The translations under genes and the position numbers were made by a program. The notes beneath the pieces are model-generated. The model was given only the letters and a program-made list of their open reading frames with translations. It searched no databases and was not told the DNA's origin. A stretch of 64,000 bases of DNA from Candidatus Schekmanbacteria bacterium (GTDB lineage Bacteria > Schekmanbacteria > GWA2-38-11 > J061). This document shows, one piece after another, positions 48,012 through 55,945 of this stretch. How positions within the stretch are numbered: the first letter of the stretch is position 1; the number at the start of each line of letters is the position of its first letter. The stretch covers positions 31,857-95,856 of the forward strand of contig JACRJM010000015.1 of the NCBI GenBank assembly GCA_016219965.1. The letters are read 5' to 3'.

Positions 48012-50849
48012 ATGAAATACAAAAAAATATTCTATATGTTTATTTTGATGCTGATTGCTATCAGTGCATGGACGTTCGAAGCCGGAGCAGAAATATTCTA
48101 TGTTTCCAAGACAGGAGATAACAGCAATGATGGGTCTGCCATTGCTCCTTTTCTTACAGTACAGAAAGCTATTGATTCGCTGACTGCGGATGGTGATGAG
48201 GTATGGATATCGCCTGGTGACTATAATGAAGCAGTTATATCGGGTAATACTTCAACTGATAGATTACGGAATATTAAGGTAAAAGGAACTGCTGATGGAG
48301 TAATTATAACTGCACCGGCGACTAAATCTGCATTCAAATTAAATTATGCTGATAACTGGGTTTTACAAAATATTAAGTTAGTTGGTAATGGGGAAACCAG
48401 TAATGTAATAGTGGATGTGATGCAATCTCCAGGTGCACGCATTGAAAATTGTACGGTAAGCGGTGGAAGCACCAGCAATATTTGTTATAGGGCTGTTTAT
48501 ATTCTCAGTTCGCCAAACTTCATAGTTAAAAACTGCACGATTGATGCATACTGCGAAAATAGTATTTTCAGTTCGGAATCCAATAATTTACTGATTAAAG
48601 GGAATGATGTTAGTAATGCAGACTCTATTACAATAGGTTTTGATAAAGGATGCGATTATACGACGTGTGAAGAGAATTATATTCATGACCGGATTACACC
48701 GGGGCAGAATGAGAAAGTTATCATTCAGTGCAGAGATAATGTCGGTTCAATACTAAGGAGGAATTTGATTGTAGAATTTAGCACTTCTTTCCTTAATGCA
48801 ATACTGGTAAGAGGACCTTCAATCCCGGCAGAGGATATCACAGTTGAAAATAATACATTGATAGGTCCAGGAGCACAGACAGGTATAGCATTTGCTGCTA
48901 ACTCTTTATCATCAATCTGCAGGAATAATATTGTCTCCGGTTTTTATTATGCGGTAAGGACTCTTTATCCGTCATCTGAATTACCTAGCCCGGAGGTTGA
49001 GCTCAATTTTAATGATTTTTATGACTGCACGACCTCTGTTAGCAATACCGTTAATTTATTTAATATAGGAAGTTCAAATATATCGAGTGATCCCTTATTT
49101 GCCGACACAGCGGAATACCGGCTAAGTGAAGGAAGTCCCTGTATTGATACTGGAGATCCGGCTTCATTGGTACCGACTGGTGGAGGGACAACTGTTGATA
49201 TGGGCCGATGGGAATACAGGGATTCTATTTATGAGAATAATCAATCCAGCATTTATCTTTCATCAATCTTGATTGATTTTGGAACAGTTGAAGATGGACA
49301 GACTAAATCCATTGATTTGACATTAAGCAATGAGGGGAATGCTGATCTCTCTGTATCATCAATTGGTATAAGCGGAAGTTCAGCCTTTACTTTGAATTCT
49401 TCACCTGCGGTGCCTTTTACCATTACTGCTGAAGCCTCAATTACTCTGCAGGTTGATTATAAGCCGATAGAAGCCCTATCTGATACAGCAACGATAATTA
49501 TTACCAGCAACGATCCTGATCAGGGGACAGCATCTGTTTTACTCACCGGAACCGGCACTCCAAGCGTTGTACCTCATATAAGTGCAGATAAAGAATCTTT
49601 AGACTTTAAAACAGTAATTGTAGGTTCATCAAGAACTTTATCCGTTACTATAAGTAATACGGGAATTGATGATCTCGTAGTCTCAAATTTACTGATTTCA
49701 GGAAGTTCTCTATTTGACCTTAACGAACTTGTCCCGGAAACACCATTTACGGTTTCAATCGGTTCATCGGTGATAATACCGGTTGATTTTGTCCCTTATA
49801 GTGCTGAACCAAGTGCAGGAACTCTCACTATTGAGAGTGATGACCCCGACCAGCCTGAGCTTGATGTATCGCTTAGCGCTGAGGGTTATGATTTAACAGT
49901 AAAGCCCAAGATCAATGTCAGCACTGAATCTTTGGACTTCGATAAAGTAGTTTATGGTTTGACAAGTACATTGACAGTAATTGCAAGCAACACCGGAAAT
50001 ACCGCATTGTCCATATCAAATATTTCGATTACAGGGAGTTCAGACTTTTCTTTGGCTGAACTAGATATGACATTTCCCTATTCAGTGCCTTTTGGTTCAT
50101 CCCTTAACATACCGGTAATTTATAATCCTTCAGGTATTACTCCAACCAGTGCTACCATTACTATTAACAGCGATGATGAAGACGAACCGCAGGTTTCTGT
50201 ACTGCTGAATGGAGGAGGATATGATGAAGAGAATTCTCCGATAGATCTTGGTATAGAATCGTTTACAGTAGACAAACGAATAGGTTTAACAAGCACAAAA
50301 CCAATAGAAATTGGAATAACAGTCAAAAATAATGGAGTTATAAAACGAGGAAGCAGTGCTAATGTTGTCGGATTCCAGAATGATTTACAAGTTTATGACG
50401 AGACTATAGATATTTCAGGTGATAACAGTGCTTCTTATTGGTTTCCATCTTATACCCCCGAGCTTAAAGGTCAAATTCTCTGGCTTGCCAGCATAAAAGA
50501 CAGCAGCGATGAATTTAAACAGGAAACAGCGATGACTTATGTTTTTTCCGGAGATGTGTCTCCGGTATGGGTGACCCCAAACAAGACAAGCATTGCAGCA
50601 GATGAAAAAATGACATTTAAAGCATTTATAACAGGAAAGAAGATAAAGAAAAAAAATCTTGCATGGTATGTGAATAATATTCCCGGTGGAAACAGCACTG
50701 TGGGAACGATAAAGCCTTCAAAGAACAGAAAGAGCGGTGTTTATACAGCACCTTCTGTACTGCCGTATCCATCTACAGTTGTAATAACATTTGTAAATAA
50801 GAAAAAAACATCGCAATACGGAAGTGCTGAGGTAACAATTGAAGAGTAG
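48012..50849 (+). CDS. Secreted beta-helix protein with three choice-of-anchor-D/ASH-type Ig repeats and two further C-terminal Ig-like domains
   Basis: Signal peptide (AEA-like), DUF1565-type start FYVSKTG; three repeats DFG/DFK/DFD...SNxGxxxL....I.SDDPD; C-terminal WYVNNIPGGNSTVGTI...GVYTAP. Confidence 0.85.
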   Translation: MKYKKIFYMFILMLIAISAWTFEAGAEIFYVSKTGDNSNDGSAIAPFLTVQKAIDSLTADGDEVWISPGDYNEAVISGNTSTDRLRNIKVKGTADGVIITAPATKSAFKLNYADNWVLQNIKLVGNGETSNVIVDVMQSPGARIENCTVSGGSTSNICYRAVYILSSPNFIVKNCTIDAYCENSIFSSESNNLLIKGNDVSNADSITIGFDKGCDYTTCEENYIHDRITPGQNEKVIIQCRDNVGSILRRNLIVEFSTSFLNAILVRGPSIPAEDITVENNTLIGPGAQTGIAFAANSLSSICRNNIVSGFYYAVRTLYPSSELPSPEVELNFNDFYDCTTSVSNTVNLFNIGSSNISSDPLFADTAEYRLSEGSPCIDTGDPASLVPTGGGTTVDMGRWEYRDSIYENNQSSIYLSSILIDFGTVEDGQTKSIDLTLSNEGNADLSVSSIGISGSSAFTLNSSPAVPFTITAEASITLQVDYKPIEALSDTATIIITSNDPDQGTASVLLTGTGTPSVVPHISADKESLDFKTVIVGSSRTLSVTISNTGIDDLVVSNLLISGSSLFDLNELVPETPFTVSIGSSVIIPVDFVPYSAEPSAGTLTIESDDPDQPELDVSLSAEGYDLTVKPKINVSTESLDFDKVVYGLTSTLTVIASNTGNTALSISNISITGSSDFSLAELDMTFPYSVPFGSSLNIPVIYNPSGITPTSATITINSDDEDEPQVSVLLNGGGYDEENSPIDLGIESFTVDKRIGLTSTKPIEIGITVKNNGVIKRGSSANVVGFQNDLQVYDETIDISGDNSASYWFPSYTPELKGQILWLASIKDSSDEFKQETAMTYVFSGDVSPVWVTPNKTSIAADEKMTFKAFITGKKIKKKNLAWYVNNIPGGNSTVGTIKPSKNRKSGVYTAPSVLPYPSTVVITFVNKKKTSQYGSAEVTIEE

Positions 50850-50919
50850 CGCATTAAAACTTCTCAAAAAAAGGGAAGGGTTGCATCTTCAGTCAGAGAC
50901 GATGTTAAAAAATAGTTAA

Positions 50920-51486
50920 TTAAGCTTTTCCCAATAGTCTGTCAATTATAATTGCAGAGGCAGCCCTGACTGATAAGTGGTTGTAATCCGTATTCCCTGT
51001 TATTGGTTCAAGAATTATGTCAGCTTTTGTTATTATTTCTTCAGTCATGCCCCATCCTGTCCCAAAAAGAATGAATACTGGCCTGGGTGTTTCTCTGATC
51101 ATTTCTCTTGCGGACTTGAAACTTATATTCCCTTCGATATTACGTGCAGCCGTTGCGATTGTCAGAGGCATTGAACCATCAGCAGATTGTATGTTTTCTA
51201 TAACTTCATCAATATTTTTTTTAACCTTCACGAGGCTCAGTGCTTTTGCTCTTAATGGGTTTTGTTTTGCACCTGTTCCAATTGTCCAGTGATTGATTAT
51301 TTTATTAAGGAGTTCCTCTTGCAGGTCAAAAGGGGTTATCATAAATACCTTCTCAATGCCGTAAGTCATTGCTGTCCTCGATAAGTCATGGATGTCAAGA
51401 TTTGTAATTGATGTTCCTATGATATTCCCGTCTTTGCCGAGAATAGGGTAATGGAGAAGACCTATATAAGCTCTGGTGTCAGTCAT
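50920..51486 (-). CDS. SPOUT-family RNA methyltransferase (DUF2168 type, trmD-associated)
   Basis: LLHYP, TNLDIHDLSR, FGTGWG, YNHLSVRAA.AII.DRL. Confidence 0.92.
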   Translation of the reverse strand: MTDTRAYIGLLHYPILGKDGNIIGTSITNLDIHDLSRTAMTYGIEKVFMITPFDLQEELLNKIINHWTIGTGAKQNPLRAKALSLVKVKKNIDEVIENIQSADGSMPLTIATAARNIEGNISFKSAREMIRETPRPVFILFGTGWGMTEEIITKADIILEPITGNTDYNHLSVRAASAIIIDRLLGKA

Positions 51487-52228
51487 CTTTTTCTGTTTCT
51501 TTCATTAACTTTTCGAGCAATGCTTTGTCTTTATCAGAAAGTTTAACAGTTTCTAAAAGATCAGGACGTCTTTTCATGGTCCTCCTAAGCGATTCTTTAA
51601 TCTTCCACTCATTGATTTGCTTATGATTCCCTGAAAGCAGCACGTCTGGGACTTTCATTCCCTGGAACTCTGGCGGACGGGTATACACCGGAGAGCTTAA
51701 AAGTCCATTGAAGAATGAATCATTCTCCGCAGATTCAATATTCCCTAAGGTGCCCGGCAGCATTCTCATCACTGAATCGATGACGACCATAGCCGGCAGT
51801 TCTCCGCCGGTAAGCACATAGTTTCCTATGGATATTTCATGATCAACGATACTTTCCCTCACACGTTCATCAATACCCTTATACCTTCCGCAAAGGAGGA
51901 TCAGACTCTTTTCTGCTGCCAGTTCTATGGCTTTTTTTTGGCTGAAAAGCTCTCCATCAGGGGTGAGAAAAACTGTTTTGGCAGATTTAGAAACATCCCT
52001 TGTTTTTAGAGCCGTTATGCATCTGGTTATAGGTTCCGGTTTCATAACCATTCCGGCCTCTCCGCCGTACGGGTAATCATCCACTACTTTATGCCTTCCC
52101 TCTGCATAGTTTCTCAGATCAACTATGTCTATTCCTGCTATCCCCTTTTCGATTGCTTTACTGATTACGCTCTGTTCAAGGTATGATTTGAAGGCTTCGG
52201 GGAATATCGTAATAACGGTGAAAAACAT
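51479..52228 (-). CDS. trmD: tRNA (guanine37-N1)-methyltransferase
   Basis: VDDYPYGGEAGMVMK, LCGRYKGIDERV, ISIGNYVLTGGEL, YTRP, VPDVLLSGNH. Confidence 0.98.
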   Translation of the reverse strand: MFFTVITIFPEAFKSYLEQSVISKAIEKGIAGIDIVDLRNYAEGRHKVVDDYPYGGEAGMVMKPEPITRCITALKTRDVSKSAKTVFLTPDGELFSQKKAIELAAEKSLILLCGRYKGIDERVRESIVDHEISIGNYVLTGGELPAMVVIDSVMRMLPGTLGNIESAENDSFFNGLLSSPVYTRPPEFQGMKVPDVLLSGNHKQINEWKIKESLRRTMKRRPDLLETVKLSDKDKALLEKLMKETEKDD

Positions 52229-52231
52229 GGT

Positions 52232-52744
52232 TCACACATATTCAGGTTTTTTTATCGTGATTCTTTTGTCTTTGGTGCTTACCTCTAAGATGAAACTCTC
52301 AATTGCCGGAACTAAAATCTCACCACTTTCAGACTTTATGACAAATACATCATTTCCTGCGGTTTTGTATATTTCTTTTACGGTGCCAAGGGCCATCCCT
52401 TCTTCATCGAATACACTGCATCCTATAACGTCATCAAGATAATAATGGCCGTGAGGTAGCGGCATTGCATCGGATTCTGATATCGTAATTATCGAACCTT
52501 CAAACTCCCACGCGGCTACTGGTGTATCAATCCCTTTAAACTTGATAATCAGGATGTCTTTATGGAATCTTACAGACTGAATTTCTGTGATAATAACGGT
52601 GCCGTTTTTTTTTTCGATTATAACTGATGAAAGATTCAAGAAACGCTTAGGGTCGTCTGTAATAGGGTAGACAGTAAGTTCTCCCTTTTGGCCTCTGGGC
52701 TTTAAAACTTTTCCTATGACGATTGTGTCAGCATCGGCGCTCAT
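52232..52744 (-). CDS. rimM: 16S rRNA processing protein RimM
   Basis: Likely start ATG 52744 overlapping the KH-gene stop; IGKVLKPRGQKGEL.V...TD, YYLDDVIG, GNDVFV, ILVPAI. Confidence 0.95.
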   Translation of the reverse strand: MSADADTIVIGKVLKPRGQKGELTVYPITDDPKRFLNLSSVIIEKKNGTVIITEIQSVRFHKDILIIKFKGIDTPVAAWEFEGSIITISESDAMPLPHGHYYLDDVIGCSVFDEEGMALGTVKEIYKTAGNDVFVIKSESGEILVPAIESFILEVSTKDKRITIKKPEYV

Positions 52745-52971
52745 TCCACTATTTCCAGCGAAACCTTTTTTTTGCTGAGAGAAGAAGATGCATTGAGAAG
52801 ACATCTTATAGCTTTGATGGTTTTGCCATTCTTTCCTATTATACGACCTCTGTCGTCAGGAGAGACCTTTAATTCTATGACAGTAACGCCTTTAACTTCC
52901 TTGTCGTTAACTGTGACAGAATCCGGATTCTTTGTAATTGATTTTGCGAGAAAGGTTACTAAGTCTTTCAT
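52741..52971 (-). CDS. khpA: KH-domain RNA-binding protein (YlqC/KhpA)
   Basis: 76 aa, DRGRIIGKNGKTIKAIR; conserved position between rpsP and rimM. Confidence 0.93.
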   Translation of the reverse strand: MKDLVTFLAKSITKNPDSVTVNDKEVKGVTVIELKVSPDDRGRIIGKNGKTIKAIRCLLNASSSLSKKKVSLEIVE

Positions 52972-53002
52972 TGGCTGATACGTGACTACTGCTTAAGTAC
53001 AG

Positions 53003-53266
53003 CTAATTTGAAACTGCAGGAGTTTTAAAAAATCCTGACTTCTTAAGCAGCGATTTTACCGTGTCTGACGGTGTGGCGCCTTTACTAAGCCACTCTCTTA
53101 TTTTATCTTCCTTAAGGGTGCATTGGTTATCGGTCTGCTGAGGTCTGTAGAAGCCTACTATCTCGATGAACCTTCCATCTCTTGGCATCCTTGAATCGGC
53201 TACTACTATTCTGTAGAATGGTTTCTTTTTAGTGCCCCCTCTTGTAAGCCTTAAAACAACTGCCAT
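53003..53266 (-). CDS. rpsP: 30S ribosomal protein S16
   Basis: [36 protein letters not shown]. Confidence 0.98.
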   Translation of the reverse strand: MAVVLRLTRGGTKKKPFYRIVVADSRMPRDGRFIEIVGFYRPQQTDNQCTLKEDKIREWLSKGATPSDTVKSLLKKSGFFKTPAVSN

Positions 53267-53399
53267 CTTCTTTTTCTCCTTTGTAAAAACAATCTATTCC
53301 ACCAGTAACAACAGGTGCGTAATATTTTTTGCTGAATGTAGCTATATATTAGATTCTCTTGTCATTTGTCAAGCGAAAGGGTTGAATGAACCTACTTAT

Positions 53400-54572
53400 T
53401 TAATTTGAAATGGTTATCTCAGCCTCATTTGAGCTAAGAGATGTTATCTCGTCCTTGACATAGGGTTTACCGATATAAGCTTCCACCTTGTAAGTGTAGG
53501 TTACCGGCGCGGAACTGACGCTGACTGTATCGGTGTAGGTTGTAATCGTGTTGGTAAGTATTATCTGATCGGGGGTGCTGACCGTATGTGAGATTTTTTC
53601 AAACCCCACTGAATCACTGCTTTTCCTGAATATTATGTATCCCTGCTCAATGTCGCTGTTATCTAACCATTGAAGGATTAATGAATTACTGCTCCCTGCA
53701 TCTGTAATGACTGAAATATCTGTAGGGATATCTAAATCAGAAGGTAATTGCTCTTCCCATGTTGCCCACACGCTTATTTTTCTATGATTCATGTCCTTTT
53801 TCTTAAGGCCGGTATTGATTTTGAACCTCTTTGTTTCTTTATATTTTAAGACATTATCCCTTGAATTGCCGTATATGACATCACTGCTTCCTTCCTTTTG
53901 TGAGCCAAAGAAAAGAATTTCACCATTACTTGTGTCTTTTATTTTTACATATATGGTGGTATTCCATATATCAAGGCCTGAGTTGTTGGTTATTTTTCCA
54001 TAAACTTTCTTGTTTCTTAATGTAAACTTACCGGACCCGACGGGTTCTATTTTTATATTTTTATTATTGACGCGCAGAGGAAGTGTCTGGTTTTTATTTG
54101 ATGTTGGTTGAATTTCTATTACACCCAGGGTATTTGTCATTGCGTCAAAATTAACCGAAAATGTCCCTTTCTCTCCCCTTTTAATTGTAGAAGTTACAAT
54201 GCTTTCTGTTGAATAAACAAGCCTCCTCGGTTCATCTCCGGTTACTGATACATTTTTTGAACTGATTGGCGACCCATTACTATCCTTTAAAATGACATTT
54301 ATTTTTACATCAGTAAGCCAGCTATATTTTTTTTCTTTTTTGCTTTGCACTTCTCCGTACACATGAAACTTATTCCCCTTTTGAATTACATTTAGACTGT
54401 CTTCAATGATTTCTATTTTTTTGTCATCATCAATAATCTTTATTTTTCTGCTGTCTATTGTGACTTGGCCAGGTGTTCCGACACAGCCGCTCTGTGCTCT
54501 GTCACTCCTCACTGTTCCAAGAAGCGGAAGCACCAAGGTGATTATCATTATAATTTTACTTATCTTTTTCAT
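53400..54572 (-). CDS. Secreted protein with two FxLYD-like Ig folds and a C-terminal FN3-like domain
   Basis: Signal peptide; HVYGEV and VYGKITNNSG repeats; LQWLDNSDIEQGYIIFRK..YTD....YTYKVEAY..SSNE. Confidence 0.6.
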   Translation of the reverse strand: MKKISKIIMIITLVLPLLGTVRSDRAQSGCVGTPGQVTIDSRKIKIIDDDKKIEIIEDSLNVIQKGNKFHVYGEVQSKKEKKYSWLTDVKINVILKDSNGSPISSKNVSVTGDEPRRLVYSTESIVTSTIKRGEKGTFSVNFDAMTNTLGVIEIQPTSNKNQTLPLRVNNKNIKIEPVGSGKFTLRNKKVYGKITNNSGLDIWNTTIYVKIKDTSNGEILFFGSQKEGSSDVIYGNSRDNVLKYKETKRFKINTGLKKKDMNHRKISVWATWEEQLPSDLDIPTDISVITDAGSSNSLILQWLDNSDIEQGYIIFRKSSDSVGFEKISHTVSTPDQIILTNTITTYTDTVSVSSAPVTYTYKVEAYIGKPYVKDEITSLSSNEAEITISN

Positions 54573-54590
54573 TTGACCTTCCTTTAAATG

Positions 54591-55940
54591 CTACATCTTC
54601 ATAAAAGGGAATTTCATTCCTCTTCCCATCTTTTTTGGTGATGAGAATGTTTTAAGCATTTTTTTCATTTGTGCAAACTGTTTTATTAGTCTGTTTACGT
54701 CCTGAATGGTTGTGCCGCTCCCCTTTGATATTCTTTTCCTGCGGCTTCCGCTGATTATGGTGTAGTTTGCTCTTTCCCTGGCTGTCATCGAGCTTATGAT
54801 TGCCTCTATTTTTTTGAGATCCTTTTCGCCGACGTCCAGATCTCCGCCAAGCCCCATCTTCTTAAGGTTGCCCATCCCAGGGATCATTCCCATGATCTCT
54901 TCAATAGGTCCCATCTTTCTGATTTGGAGAAGCTGGTCCTTAAAGTCTTCAAGGGTGAAGGTCTCCTCCCTTATTTTCTGCTGGAGCGCGCGCGCCTTTT
55001 CCTCGTCAACCGATGACTGGGCTTTTTCAATCAGTGTCAGCACATCTCCCATCCCGAGTATCCGCGAAGCAATTCGCTCAGGATGAAAGGGCTCTATGGC
55101 ATCAGGTTTTTCGCCCGTAGTTATAAACTTTATTGGTTTTCCGGTAACAGCCCTCATAGATAGCGCGGCACCTCCTCTTGCATCGCCATCCATCTTTGTC
55201 ATTATTATTCCTGTTATGCCTATCTGTGCGTCGAATTCACGGGCAATGTTTACAGCGTCCTGGCCCGTCATACTGTCACTGACAAGCAGTTTTTCAGAAA
55301 CAGGCAAAGCCGATGTGATCCCTTTAAGTTCATCCATGAGGTCGTTATCTATATGGAGTCTTCCGGCTGTATCTATTATAAGTATGTCATGGGCTCCGTC
55401 TCTTGCTGATTTGTATGCACTTTCTGCTATAAAAAGAGGTTTGTCCTTCGGAGATGCGGGATAGATATCAATATCAGTTTTTTCTGCCACTGTTTTTAGC
55501 TGGTCCATCGCAGCAGGACGGTAAACATCAACTGAAACAAGCATTGGGTTATGTCCTGATGTTTTCAGCATCCTGGCGAGTTTACCTGCAGTAGTGGTTT
55601 TGCCTGAGCCCTGAAGTCCCAGAAGGAGAATTACCGCCGGAGGTTTGGTACTGGACAACTCAAGCTTCTTATACTCATGACCTAATAGTTCTATTATCTC
55701 TTCGTTCACGATTTTAATAATCTGCTGACCGGGACTAAGAGACTTTAACACTTCCTGTCCCAGAGCTTTTTCTTCAACCGATGCGATGAAATCCTTTACT
55801 ACCTTGTAGTTTACATCAGCCTCAAGGAGTGCCATTTTTACTTCCTTGAGGCCGTCTTTTACATCGTGCTCGTTGAGTTTTCCGCTTTTACGAAGCTTCG
55901 CAAAGGCGGTTTCTAATTTTTTTGAAAGGTTCTCAAACAT
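54591..55940 (-). CDS. ffh: Signal recognition particle protein Ffh
   Basis: ALLEADV, GLQGSGKTT, DTAGR, TKMDGDARGG, Met-rich M domain. Confidence 0.98.
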   Translation of the reverse strand: MFENLSKKLETAFAKLRKSGKLNEHDVKDGLKEVKMALLEADVNYKVVKDFIASVEEKALGQEVLKSLSPGQQIIKIVNEEIIELLGHEYKKLELSSTKPPAVILLLGLQGSGKTTTAGKLARMLKTSGHNPMLVSVDVYRPAAMDQLKTVAEKTDIDIYPASPKDKPLFIAESAYKSARDGAHDILIIDTAGRLHIDNDLMDELKGITSALPVSEKLLVSDSMTGQDAVNIAREFDAQIGITGIIMTKMDGDARGGAALSMRAVTGKPIKFITTGEKPDAIEPFHPERIASRILGMGDVLTLIEKAQSSVDEEKARALQQKIREETFTLEDFKDQLLQIRKMGPIEEIMGMIPGMGNLKKMGLGGDLDVGEKDLKKIEAIISSMTARERANYTIISGSRRKRISKGSGTTIQDVNRLIKQFAQMKKMLKTFSSPKKMGRGMKFPFMKM

Positions 55941-55945
55941 TGATA

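Noticed and set aside
52745..52804. Extended RimM N-terminus
   Set aside because: Overlaps the KH gene; ATG at 52744 fits translational coupling.
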